From a virus, in IMG/VR virus record IMGVR_UViG_3300018080_000149, positions 23,401 to 87,400 of that record: a stretch of DNA of 64,000 nt; one strand, given 5' to 3'. Each line of letters opens with the position of its first letter. The stretch's first letter is position 1. Made by a program: the position numbers and the translations under genes. The notes beneath the pieces were generated by a model, which saw only the letters and a list, made by a program, of their open reading frames with translations, made no database searches and had not been told where the DNA came from. This document shows positions 28,317 through 37,276 of this stretch, one piece after another.

Positions 28317-28960
28317 TACCCGACGTTCCTCTCAAGCCAGCGAATAGCCACTTGCGATGTAGCGTTGATGACACCACCAGCCTCCACAGTCTTGTACGAC
28401 ATGCGAAGAAACTTCTTGACCACAGCGATGTCATCGGAGGAACACCCGTAGTTCTTCAGGGCTTCGGCGACACTCTGTGCCTGGTATATAGTGAACTCAC
28501 CCTCAGTGAGCCACCACGAAATCTCCAGGTTACAGCGGAACGCTTCCGCCTCAAAGATTGCTCTCTGGGCTCTATCCGCCAGGTAACGGATAACGAATGA
28601 GATAGGCTCGTGTCGATACTGTAGAACGTGTTGGTGCTCGTGGACACAGACCTTTACCTGGCTCTCAAGCGAGTGTGTCGAGGCGTCCCCGATCTCGAAC
28701 GGAATGTAGATGCGGTCACCGAGCGTCGTGGTGTACCGCTCCATGAATGTTCGTTTGTCAATAACATCAAGCTTGTCAAGGAACAACGCTACAAGTTGCA
28801 TCTCAGCGCCACCGCCGAGATTGGCCAACAAGTCGACAAAGTTCCCACCATCACCGATCTTACTAAGATCAATGTCACCCTTGCGAATGAGAGTAGTCCT
28901 GTAGTGGTCCATCATGTAATCCCAGAACCGACGGACATCTCTGCTTGTAAGGTCCTTCAT
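28316..28960 (-). CDS. Putative HExxH zinc metallopeptidase
   Basis: TTTLGDRIY, VHEHQHVLQY and a downstream FEAEA (gluzincin-like). Confidence 0.7.
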   Translation of the reverse strand: MKDLTSRDVRRFWDYMMDHYRTTLIRKGDIDLSKIGDGGNFVDLLANLGGGAEMQLVALFLDKLDVIDKRTFMERYTTTLGDRIYIPFEIGDASTHSLESQVKVCVHEHQHVLQYRHEPISFVIRYLADRAQRAIFEAEAFRCNLEISWWLTEGEFTIYQAQSVAEALKNYGCSSDDIAVVKKFLRMSYKTVEAGGVINATSQVAIRWLERNVG

Positions 28961-29202
28961 TGAAACGCGTTCCTTTCGCTTCTCAACGGTGGAGCCATAC
29001 GCCCCACATGATGTGTACAGACGTAATGCCTCTCTTTGACCGGCCTAAATGGGTCGTTATTCTTGAAGTAGACAACGACCTCTACTGACGTAAACGCCGG
29101 ACGTCCACAATCCGTAACCCAGCACTTGTGGGCGCGTCTAGTCCCCGGTCCCCTCACTGGACCCCTCCTCTGGCTCAGGTAGGCACGTATGGCCAACCTC
29201 AT
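28957..29202 (-). CDS. Small hypothetical protein (Cys/His zinc-finger-like)
   Basis: CxxxxC...CxHH, with an ATGA overlap onto the next gene. Confidence 0.45.
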   Translation of the reverse strand: MRLAIRAYLSQRRGPVRGPGTRRAHKCWVTDCGRPAFTSVEVVVYFKNNDPFRPVKERHYVCTHHVGRMAPPLRSERNAFQ

Positions 29203-29431
29203 CGCCGTCCATCGTCTCCTGACACGAGAACGTTACATCACCGTTCACCTGGTCGCAGTCCATCATCGAACGCCAATGGCCTCGGGAGTCACAGATCTGA
29301 GCCTCATGGCCCTCACACCTTGTCGATTGAGCTGTACAGACTGCACAGCCGTAGGAAAAAACCAACAGCGCCAACATCAGTAGCGCCATGGCTATTGTTG
29401 CAAGGTTTAGCTTGTACAGATAGTCCTTCAC
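29138..29431 (-). CDS. Cys-rich lipoprotein
   Basis: Hydrophobic signal ending FSYGC (lipobox-like), followed by several Cys. Confidence 0.65.
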   Translation of the reverse strand: MKDYLYKLNLATIAMALLMLALLVFSYGCAVCTAQSTRCEGHEAQICDSRGHWRSMMDCDQVNGDVTFSCQETMDGDEVGHTCLPEPEEGSSEGTGD

Positions 29432-29563
29432 TTCTTCACCCCTTTACACGGCCCCATGTGAGCGAGGCCAGGCATCTTGTATCTGTTAGACGTGAGTCCA
29501 CACTTATCACAGCGCCACCTTGGTTTGAGATAACAACTATGATAGGTGCGAACCCACGCGTGT

Positions 29564-29743
29564 CTAATTGACGGAGATGATATCTTCGACATCGGTGAAC
29601 ACCCCGCCGAGGAGAACTTCGCAAATGGCTATGAACACCCGGACCAGCCAGCGAAGGAGCTTCAACGGTTGCGTAAATGAACGTAGGAGCCTGACCCACC
29701 AGAACCAAAGGATCTCAGGCCCAAACTGTACGATACCAGGCAT
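29564..29743 (-). CDS. Small hydrophobic protein (59 aa, below the ORF-track cutoff)
   Basis: Manual translation MPGIVQFGPEILWFWWVRLL...IISVN*, with a GAGG RBS. Confidence 0.45.
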   Translation of the reverse strand: MPGIVQFGPEILWFWWVRLLRSFTQPLKLLRWLVRVFIAICEVLLGGVFTDVEDIISVN

Positions 29744-29745
29744 TA

Positions 29746-29937
29746 CTACCTCGTGTACTTCAAGGTGGTGAGTAGATTCTCCAGCTTGTTTACCCTGTCG
29801 TAGTGGAAGTCCCTACTTGGTAGCTCTTGCTCCGTAAAGCTCTCATACAGACTGAGTGACGCCCTGGACTGTTTGAGTTCACACGCCAACAGGTACTCGA
29901 CAGCCTCCTGAAGTGCCTTTAGTTTCTCCTCACTCAT
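29746..29937 (-). CDS. Hypothetical protein
   Basis: Probable start MSEEK with a GGGAGG RBS. Confidence 0.55.
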   Translation of the reverse strand: MSEEKLKALQEAVEYLLACELKQSRASLSLYESFTEQELPSRDFHYDRVNKLENLLTTLKYTR

Positions 29938-30160
29938 CCCGTTCCTCCCAGCGTCGAGCCAATCTCCCGAAGTAGCGGCCAAAGATGGGCATTATACCTA
30001 CAGAGGACAGCTTACTGTCCGCTCGAAGGCTACTAGATCGTACCATGTCATCGGCCAGCTTTCTTGCCTCAGATCTGAACAGTGGGTATGGGTAGCGATG
30101 GTATGGCCCAGTCTCCCCAACGTATGAGTACAGAAGACTGACATATGTATAGGCTCGCAC
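29930..30160 (-). CDS. Hypothetical protein
   Basis: Abuts the thyX stop codon. Confidence 0.5.
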   Translation of the reverse strand: MRAYTYVSLLYSYVGETGPYHRYPYPLFRSEARKLADDMVRSSSLRADSKLSSVGIMPIFGRYFGRLARRWEERDE

Positions 30161-30844
30161 CTACAGATCCTCTACGAGTACAGGACTGATCTGACTCAGA
30201 TCATCCTTGACTTTGTTGAATAGTGTTTGCATCTCTGGGGCGGCTTTCTTCGATGTACGGAGCCGTATCATGTGACGCCACTGTCGGAAGTTAGCCGTGA
30301 CTACTATGTCAGCCTTGAGACAGTGCGGTAGTAGGTAGCGGGCTGACTCACGGGCTACACCCTGATCGCGTTCGTGTTGGTAGTCTCGCACAGCCTCAGT
30401 AGCCACCTGTACCCAACGAGAAGGCTGAACCCCACTGTCAGACGTCAGCACAGTACCAGACTCATCGTAGCTCAACGTGTAGAGACCAACGTCACCGCTA
30501 AACATATGCGGTGGCTTGACAAATACAACCGCGTCCTTCTCTTCGATGTAGCGTGTAGAGGACTGAGTGAAGGCACACAGCCTGTGTCTAACGATCTCGT
30601 GAGTAGCGATTCGTGAACACTGGAACAGGAACGATACAGCGCTATGTTCCAGCACTGACTCATGAGGGTTCGGCCTGAACCCGAGGAGTTTCTTCAGGAG
30701 TTCCTCAGCCTCGGGCAGTAGGTAGACATTACCCACGCGCCCTCGCGAAATACCGGCGGCGTAAGCGCAGCGTATAAACTGGCTCACACACTCGTCCATT
30801 GGCGTCAACGCAGTAACGCGAGGATCTATGACTTGGATCTTCAT
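30161..30844 (-). CDS. thyX: Flavin-dependent thymidylate synthase
   Basis: HESVLEH, RHRLCAFTQSSTRY (RHRx7S signature), ARYLLP and NFRQW. Confidence 0.93.
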   Translation of the reverse strand: MKIQVIDPRVTALTPMDECVSQFIRCAYAAGISRGRVGNVYLLPEAEELLKKLLGFRPNPHESVLEHSAVSFLFQCSRIATHEIVRHRLCAFTQSSTRYIEEKDAVVFVKPPHMFSGDVGLYTLSYDESGTVLTSDSGVQPSRWVQVATEAVRDYQHERDQGVARESARYLLPHCLKADIVVTANFRQWRHMIRLRTSKKAAPEMQTLFNKVKDDLSQISPVLVEDL

Positions 30845-30988
30845 GGGGTTGCGGCCCCTTTCTTTAGTGGTTAGCGAGTCCGTTGGCGTAGCCACACGCC
30901 ACACACGTCGCTAGTGGTAAAACAACGAACACGAGTGCTAGCGCCGCTAAGACGCCCATCGTAGATTTGAATGCTCTCACAATAGCCC

Positions 30989-31591
30989 CTAGTCTATTGG
31001 CCAAGACTCGTCACAGTCTGGCCGGATCATACAGTAGAAGCGTCTGGCTTGCTTAGCTGAGAAGTCTAGCCTGGCGGCCTCCTCAGAGACACAACGACCA
31101 TACTTGTAGCTCGCAACCTTTCTCCACAGTGACCCCGGACACTCACGGAACATGTGAGACAACATGTTGACCCCTGTTCTGAATGAGCACTGAGGCGTCA
31201 TGTTGTACAGGTTCTTATGTTGACACCCGGAGGGCTGGAACTGTCGCCAGCCAGAGCTAGGGTGGATCTGCATAGCTCCAAGCTCGCCTCTCTTACCGCG
31301 TAGCCTACCGAGCCATACACTGTTCCAGAATGCGCTCTCCCGCCGGATGATAGCTGTTAGTACGTATGGGTAGTCCAGGCCGAACTCAGCGTCAGCGTCA
31401 ATGATACGCTGTGCCCACTCCAGGCGGCTGTCAGGCGACAGCTTTGAGTAACGGCCCAACTCCTCGACAGCCTCACTGATCTGATACAGATCGGCAAAGT
31501 CATCGGGTGACGTCCCGTCTGTGACGTCTGTCGGCTGAGCCAACACTGTCAGTGGGACAATGATTGCTAGTAGCGTAAGCGTCCACCTCAT
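30989..31591 (-). CDS. Secreted SLT-domain lytic transglycosylase
   Basis: Signal peptide, IIRRESAF (catalytic Glu), GAMQI and ASYKYG. Confidence 0.78.
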   Translation of the reverse strand: MRWTLTLLAIIVPLTVLAQPTDVTDGTSPDDFADLYQISEAVEELGRYSKLSPDSRLEWAQRIIDADAEFGLDYPYVLTAIIRRESAFWNSVWLGRLRGKRGELGAMQIHPSSGWRQFQPSGCQHKNLYNMTPQCSFRTGVNMLSHMFRECPGSLWRKVASYKYGRCVSEEAARLDFSAKQARRFYCMIRPDCDESWPID

Positions 31592-31594
31592 AGG

Positions 31595-31816
31595 TCACTC
31601 CGTGTTGATTGGCTTGTGTAGGACGCCGTGGTCATCACAGAACGAGATCACAGCATCCTGATCAGTAAAGCTAATCTTCTCACCGCTGGGTAATGTCATC
31701 GAGCCAGGCATCTTCGCCGAGCGAGTTCCCGGCTTACCACAGTAGATACATTTCGCCCCAGGAGGGGCGTATGGGATGCCGAGATGGATCTCAACCATAG
31801 GCTGGGCTTCTGTCAT
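31595..31816 (-). CDS. Small zinc-finger-like hypothetical protein
   Basis: CIYC...CDDH. Confidence 0.55.
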   Translation of the reverse strand: MTEAQPMVEIHLGIPYAPPGAKCIYCGKPGTRSAKMPGSMTLPSGEKISFTDQDAVISFCDDHGVLHKPINTE

Positions 31817-32295
31817 CGCTTCTCCCCAGCGACACGGATCGTAATCGTGTCGCCCTTTGTTCTATACTCTGCTGTTGTGTGTCCTATGACAGAGCCGTGA
31901 CGATACATGGAGTCGCCCTTGTCCAGTACCTCACAGTGTACTGTGACCCACATGTTCTCTTTGCGGTCAATACGGTACTCCTCAAAGATACACAGGAACC
32001 CCTTTTTGAAGTGGTCCATGATGTATTCACAGAGATCTCCCACTGGATTTGCTTGGGGCCACTCCTCGTCTGGAATGGCTATCGCCACCCGGACGGTTGG
32101 GACGGTGTGTACTTTGACCGAGACGTCTGTGGGTGCGATGTCCATCGCGACACACACCGATTCTATGGGCGGTTCCTCCGCCCATTGGAAAGCGAGTGGA
32201 ACCGGCCCTGATTGCTTTTTAGCGTTCCAACCCCTACGGGTCAGGCGGCTAGCGATCAGGGCCGGTATATCCACACCTAAGCCGTTACTCTTCAT
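31813..32295 (-). CDS. Hypothetical protein
   Basis: 160 aa, coupled to both neighbours. Confidence 0.6.
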   Translation of the reverse strand: MKSNGLGVDIPALIASRLTRRGWNAKKQSGPVPLAFQWAEEPPIESVCVAMDIAPTDVSVKVHTVPTVRVAIAIPDEEWPQANPVGDLCEYIMDHFKKGFLCIFEEYRIDRKENMWVTVHCEVLDKGDSMYRHGSVIGHTTAEYRTKGDTITIRVAGEKR

Positions 32296-33424
32296 TGCCT
32301 GAAACGATCTTATTCAGATCACGGAGGCGACTCAGTACCTCGATCCCCATGACCTGTGTGTCAGATCTTGCCATTGTGTTCTCAACCCACTCGATGAGGT
32401 TTGTCAGTTTGTAACGCGCCCTCGGTACGTCAATCACGTCTGCGTGATCCAGTTGATCCACCTTCGCCATGAGTTCTCGAATCTGTGCGTTTTTGTCCGC
32501 GAGCTTGACCTTGAGATCGTCAAAGAGCTTCTGCCAGTCAGCGCTACCTGACGTATCGCGCTCCAACATCACCTGATTTGACACAGGAGACTGGATACTC
32601 ACAGGGAGTCTCGTGTTTGCCTCGTATATACGCTCTCTAAGGAACTGAATGTACTCGACAACCGTTCGACAGGTATCCTCGACACCGGACATGTCCTCTT
32701 CGATGAGCCCTGTGTGAGCACAGATCATCTGACGAAACTGGACCATTGACTCGACCCAGCCGTCCAGTTTCTCTTGTGTCTCTGCGAGCCGTCGTTCCGC
32801 GTCTATCTTAGCCGCTGTAATCGTGTCGACACCGTCAGCCATACGCTGGTATGTATCTATAATCTCCTCGGGAGACATGCCGGTCTTGGAGATACCCATC
32901 GGACCCGGAAGCTCCAAGGTCTCGTACTGACGGAGGCGTTCTTCCTTGGCCAGCCATTGCTCTTTGTCTTTGAGCCTGGGCTCAGCGCGTTCCGCTTCGA
33001 GCCGTTTACGGAGTTCCAAGTTACGCTCGTCAGATTGCCTAAGTTTCGCCTCAAGATTACCAATCTTGTCGAGAAGCTTTGGAACCTTATCGGCCTCAAC
33101 AATCAATGCGTCGACCTTATCCTCTATGTCCCTTCGTATATGGTCTAGCGGGACATGAGAGGCTGCGCGGGAAGTATACCTCGTTGTAGAGTTACCCAGC
33201 TTCACAGCGAGGCTAATCAACTGTCTACGAAGTGAACGTGTCTCAACAATCGGTGCGTCGGCCTTATCCTCCATGGCTTTCCATTGAACCCACATAGGAC
33301 AAACCTTGGTACGCGCCCTAGCAATACCGTAGTAGTGAGCCCTGGTGTTCAAACACTTCGACTTACCAGAGTCATCCACTACGTCCGCCTCGTAGAACTT
33401 GCAAGTTCTACAGAACCTATCCAT
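32285..33424 (-). CDS. Coiled-coil protein with an N-terminal Cys4 motif
   Basis: CRTC...C...C followed by long heptad-rich helices. Confidence 0.7.
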   Translation of the reverse strand: MDRFCRTCKFYEADVVDDSGKSKCLNTRAHYYGIARARTKVCPMWVQWKAMEDKADAPIVETRSLRRQLISLAVKLGNSTTRYTSRAASHVPLDHIRRDIEDKVDALIVEADKVPKLLDKIGNLEAKLRQSDERNLELRKRLEAERAEPRLKDKEQWLAKEERLRQYETLELPGPMGISKTGMSPEEIIDTYQRMADGVDTITAAKIDAERRLAETQEKLDGWVESMVQFRQMICAHTGLIEEDMSGVEDTCRTVVEYIQFLRERIYEANTRLPVSIQSPVSNQVMLERDTSGSADWQKLFDDLKVKLADKNAQIRELMAKVDQLDHADVIDVPRARYKLTNLIEWVENTMARSDTQVMGIEVLSRLRDLNKIVSGNEE

Positions 33425-33448
33425 TACGACCCTCCTAACTACACGCGT

Positions 33449-33652
33449 CTAGTGTTTTGCCCGTTCACCATACGCGCGAGTGATATTCCAACCTGTCACA
33501 CGGTAACCCTTCACCATGTTTACAAGTTTGGCCAACAGCTCAAGAGCCTCGGCCACCTCAACTAGTTTGCTTTGATCTTGTACTTCAACAGCTAGTTCTA
33601 TCGGATCACGATGACCCTCGGTATAGACCAGTAACACTATCCTGTCTGCCAT
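33449..33652 (-). CDS. Hypothetical protein
   Basis: 67 aa within the minus-strand operon. Confidence 0.55.
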   Translation of the reverse strand: MADRIVLLVYTEGHRDPIELAVEVQDQSKLVEVAEALELLAKLVNMVKGYRVTGWNITRAYGERAKH

Positions 33653-33665
33653 GATCTGACTCAGA

Positions 33666-34124
33666 TCACTTCGGAGGAATGAGCCCAGCCTGCTGAAGTT
33701 GGGCCATCTGTTCCGGCGTCACGCCGACTACGTTGTTGCCATCCATTGGTGGCCCATCATAGTCGTCCATGGGATTGTGGTTGAGATCGTTATCCACTTT
33801 CCTGTACTCCAGGAATGATGCGTACTCTCTGTGGATCATCTCATAGGCCGCCACCCCCACGTTCTCCGGTGTCACCTTGTACGCTGTGGTGTAACCCTGC
33901 ACCACGTAGCGTTTGATCGGACCTCGGTTGTATCCCCCGATACCAACCATGATCGCCTCTCTCATCACCTGTCCATTAGGCAACGGGGCGGTTCGGACCA
34001 TGATCTGGCCAGCGTCGAGAAGATGGTCGACCTTAGGGGATTCTACGAACTTACCGATGTAAAGCACGTTCATAACCATGATTACCGTAAGTTCTGGCTT
34101 TTTGTCGCCCATTTCAGCCCTCAT
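33666..34124 (-). CDS. Hypothetical protein
   Basis: 152 aa within the minus-strand operon. Confidence 0.65.
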   Translation of the reverse strand: MRAEMGDKKPELTVIMVMNVLYIGKFVESPKVDHLLDAGQIMVRTAPLPNGQVMREAIMVGIGGYNRGPIKRYVVQGYTTAYKVTPENVGVAAYEMIHREYASFLEYRKVDNDLNHNPMDDYDGPPMDGNNVVGVTPEQMAQLQQAGLIPPK

Positions 34125-34160
34125 TTGTCTTGATAGCGTGTAGCTACCGTTAGGTGAACT

Positions 34161-34238
34161 GCTTGATCGGATAACGATACTTTCTGTGTAGGTGTAATCA
34201 TGACACCGTAACTTCCAGTGATCGTTATCCGATCAAGC
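34161..34238. repeat. Intergenic 18-bp perfect inverted repeat with a 42-nt spacer
   Basis: GCTTGATCGGATAACGAT (34161-34178) and ATCGTTATCCGATCAAGC (34221-34238). Confidence 0.9.
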
Positions 34239-34260
34239 CATTGGAATCCTTGCGTTTGTA

Positions 34261-34761
34261 CTACGTAGCGTCACTGAACGGGTCACTCTCTGTGTTGGTA
34301 TCCCGACACCTTGATCGGACACGGACAGATTTCCCCCTTTGCCATTTCTTAGAGCCCACGGGAACCACGTCGACCGAATCGAATAGCCGGCTGACTATGT
34401 CCTCCAATCTACAACAAATCAGTGACCTGCTCGGCCTTCTATACCGACAAAGAGTCTCTTCGTTCTGGTGGTCTGTAGGAGCTATGGCGAGAGCTGGTCT
34501 CCACTTGTCGAAGTATACCAACCAACGGTCATAGCCCGTTTTTGCCGATGACGTACCGACTGGTTCTAGTTGGAAATGAGCCTCAACTACCTCCTCACCC
34601 ACTACTGCGCCAGACTCGTCTAGCGCTTCCGATGTATGTTCGATGACCAATTCACGGCCTCGCTTCCACACCCGGAAGTCGGAGATGATTCTGTTGCTTT
34701 TCATTTCCTGTAGAATCGGTACGAGGTCGCCGAGGTTGGCGACTGATCGTACTTCGATCAT
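34261..34761 (-). CDS. Hypothetical protein
   Basis: 166 aa, with an ATGA overlap on the MazG-like gene. Confidence 0.6.
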   Translation of the reverse strand: MIEVRSVANLGDLVPILQEMKSNRIISDFRVWKRGRELVIEHTSEALDESGAVVGEEVVEAHFQLEPVGTSSAKTGYDRWLVYFDKWRPALAIAPTDHQNEETLCRYRRPSRSLICCRLEDIVSRLFDSVDVVPVGSKKWQRGKSVRVRSRCRDTNTESDPFSDAT

Positions 34762-35177
34762 TTGAGTTCCAACTTTGCCTGATTCTCATGGCGTCTGATG
34801 ATGGCGTCGAGAATCCCCTTGATGTCTGGTTCCTTCCAGTTTGGGGGCTTCAGTATCTTGCCATCTTCTCTGACAGGTCCGCCGACCTTTTCCATGTTGG
34901 CGCGGTGAACTTCCTCGAAGAATGGTTCGATGTCGATGCCCATTGTTGACGCGGCCCCATACGTGACGTACAGGAGATCCGCGAGGGCGTCGATAGCCTT
35001 GTCCCATTCCAGCTTGCACTCATCGTCCTCATAGACGGCGTCGGCGAACTCTTCCGATTCCTCGTAGATGAGGTCGACTCTGAGATCTGCTGGATAGCCG
35101 TCGAACGTTGGCCTAGAGGGAACGTATTGTCCCGTCGCCTTCATGAACTCCTCGACCATCTTTTGATGCTTGTTCAT
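34758..35177 (-). CDS. MazG-like/all-alpha NTP pyrophosphohydrolase
   Basis: EESEEF, DALADLLYV, EVHRANMEK and REDGKILKP. Confidence 0.88.
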   Translation of the reverse strand: MNKHQKMVEEFMKATGQYVPSRPTFDGYPADLRVDLIYEESEEFADAVYEDDECKLEWDKAIDALADLLYVTYGAASTMGIDIEPFFEEVHRANMEKVGGPVREDGKILKPPNWKEPDIKGILDAIIRRHENQAKLELK

Positions 35178-35383
35178 GGCTTCACCGTGTCTTGTCGGAA
35201 CTTCAACCAAGAGTCACACACCTTGTCAAACCATGTGACGTGGACAGAGGCTAGGCGCTTCCACACCTTGAAATAAGGCGGGAACCTTTGCTCCAGGCGA
35301 ACAACGCCGGAACCTTCGTAGTGGATAAACCGAAACCGTCCAGGTTTGTCGGTCAACTCCCATGCTGTAACTCTAGCCATCAC
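35174..35383 (-). CDS. Hypothetical protein
   Basis: 69 aa, coupled to neighbours. Confidence 0.5.
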   Translation of the reverse strand: MMARVTAWELTDKPGRFRFIHYEGSGVVRLEQRFPPYFKVWKRLASVHVTWFDKVCDSWLKFRQDTVKP

Positions 35384-35718
35384 ATACCCCTCCTCATGAT
35401 AGGCTTAGGTGGGATCTTTGGGCTTGGCGGAGACTCTCCACCTCTGTAGTCGGAGAACCATACGGGCTTGAATGCGTCGTATGTTTCCCTGGACAACAGG
35501 TAGAAAGCTAGTCCGTTGATCGGAACCTTTTTCAAGTCGTCAACGGTCAGCTTTCTTCCGATGAGCTTTTCGAGGCACCCCAGGTGTAGGACACCGCCAC
35601 GCTTCTCCAAGCCTGACTCCTTCCACACAGAGTCAAGTACCATGTACTGCTCTGAGACGTAACCGCCACATTCGTTACAGTCCAGGTACTTATTGAACGG
35701 TCTGCGTTGTCTGCCCAT
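35380..35718 (-). CDS. Conserved-type phage hypothetical protein (CxxC, YMV..VW, CLE..IGR.L)
   Basis: This motif pattern is common in small phage zinc-binding proteins. Confidence 0.65.
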   Translation of the reverse strand: MGRQRRPFNKYLDCNECGGYVSEQYMVLDSVWKESGLEKRGGVLHLGCLEKLIGRKLTVDDLKKVPINGLAFYLLSRETYDAFKPVWFSDYRGGESPPSPKIPPKPIMRRGM

Positions 35719-36179
35719 CAGAACGCCTCCTGGTCGTGTATCCCGAGTTTCTTCGCCACCTTCTCGGTGAACTGAGGTACGTGTATTGCTAGATAGGAAC
35801 AGATCCTCACGCGAGAATCCTTCATACCCGCCCCAGGGTACATCCTGGCCCAGGTCTCATACCTAGCGCACTCTTCGTGGTTCGGACACTCCTCGTCACA
35901 GTCCGAGACGCCAACACATCGGACACCAGCTTGGCGACCGTACCAGCCTCGTAGGACTGCATCTATCAGAATGGAGCCGAGTTCGTAGTGGTCCTGTGTG
36001 ATCTGACAAAAATCAAGTTGCGACTCCAGCTCCCGCTGGAGCCCCAGAGCCCTTCGTAGGCGAGAATCATTGTCTGGAAACTCCGATATATCATCCATGA
36101 TATTGCGGAGCCATTTATCCCAGGTAATGAACGGTCGTTCTACGAAAGGCTCTGGGACGACGTCTTTGGCTTTTGCCAT
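35718..36179 (-). CDS. Hypothetical protein with a Cys cluster
   Basis: 153 aa, coupled to neighbours. Confidence 0.6.
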   Translation of the reverse strand: MAKAKDVVPEPFVERPFITWDKWLRNIMDDISEFPDNDSRLRRALGLQRELESQLDFCQITQDHYELGSILIDAVLRGWYGRQAGVRCVGVSDCDEECPNHEECARYETWARMYPGAGMKDSRVRICSYLAIHVPQFTEKVAKKLGIHDQEAF

Positions 36180-36472
36180 CAGTCCTGGTAATCCTCGTCC
36201 TCTGGCTCCTCGGGCTTTAGCGTCGTCGCGATGGACGAGATCTCAACCCCAGAGACCGCTGGACGATTGGCGAACTGCGACATGACATCGGTGATCGTGT
36301 GACCCCCGATAGCCAAGCCTGTCAAACCGAGAACGAACGTCATGACCTGCTCAGACGTGAACGTCACCGTACCCGTCAAAGCGAAAGTCGTGAAGACCGC
36401 TGCGGCGAGAACCGTGTACCAGAACTTACGGCTCAGCCAGAAAACTCCCTCTTCGTTCTTTTGCTCGCTCAT
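36179..36472 (-). CDS. Putative holin
   Basis: LSRKFW motif, two predicted transmembrane segments and a charged C-terminus. Confidence 0.6.
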   Translation of the reverse strand: MSEQKNEEGVFWLSRKFWYTVLAAAVFTTFALTGTVTFTSEQVMTFVLGLTGLAIGGHTITDVMSQFANRPAVSGVEISSIATTLKPEEPEDEDYQD

Positions 36473-36502
36473 TGAGCTACCTCCCTCTTCTGTAGTAGGT
36501 CA

Positions 36503-36877
36503 TCAACCATTAGACAACCAACCACGACCAAAACCGTCAGGAACATGCTTGTCAACCTCCACCTTTGGCGCTTGGGTAAGCGGATACCTAATATCGACCT
36601 CGTCCTCGTGGACAGTGCCGAACATAGCTTTCGTGAGATATGTAGTAGAAGGACCAGACAGTTTTGGCCTATCCTTCTTTGCCCATATAGGACACAACAA
36701 GTCAACACGCTTGGGGAACGTCACATCGCCCGTAACTGAGCGAAGTGCCCCATGGTATCTAAGAGTATTCCACGACCATTCATCGCAAATATCAATCCGA
36801 GGCGGCGGGACAGGGAACCAACCCATACCCAACACAGCGGAAAACAATCTATTTGCGTTTGATCTTGATCGTGACAC
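36503..36877 (-). CDS. Hypothetical protein
   Basis: 124 aa with a GGGAGG RBS. Confidence 0.5.
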   Translation of the reverse strand: MSRSRSNANRLFSAVLGMGWFPVPPPRIDICDEWSWNTLRYHGALRSVTGDVTFPKRVDLLCPIWAKKDRPKLSGPSTTYLTKAMFGTVHEDEVDIRYPLTQAPKVEVDKHVPDGFGRGWLSNG

Positions 36878-37199
36878 TCTTACCTCCCTGGCTTGGGTGG
36901 AGACCAGCTTTCATGAGTGCTCGTCTGTGTTCACGATAGGGCTTCAGCCCACACGTCATACAGATGAGATGGGGTTCGCCGCTTTGCCTTATCAACACAT
37001 TGAGGTAGCGCTTCTTACCACACAACGGACACCGACCATTTCGACATGGTGGTATCTCAAAGCTGCGATCTTTACGCCGGGCCTCTATACGCTGAATAAG
37101 CGCCCTCATCTCAGCCTTTGCCTCTTTCGAGGTTATGTTGACCGGATCAGGCTTCACGACGACCTTGACACGCTTGTTCTTGCGTATCGAGATCTTCAT
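36849..37199 (-). CDS. Basic zinc-ribbon protein
   Basis: CPLC...CMTC, with Lys/Ile-rich N- and C-termini. Confidence 0.65.
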   Translation of the reverse strand: MKISIRKNKRVKVVVKPDPVNITSKEAKAEMRALIQRIEARRKDRSFEIPPCRNGRCPLCGKKRYLNVLIRQSGEPHLICMTCGLKPYREHRRALMKAGLHPSQGGKSVTIKIKRK

Positions 37200-37220
37200 A
37201 GTACCTCCCTCATTACTAAC

Positions 37221-37250
37221 TTACATGTCCTGGCGAGAGGGTATCACGAG
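37221..37250 (-). promoter_or_regulatory. Bipartite phage promoter motif (CTCGTGAT-N10-CAGGACATGTAA)
   Basis: Variant copy with the same spacer length, upstream of the 37199 ATG. Confidence 0.6.
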
Positions 37251-37276
37251 AGGAAGTTACTGTGTAGGGAATACAC

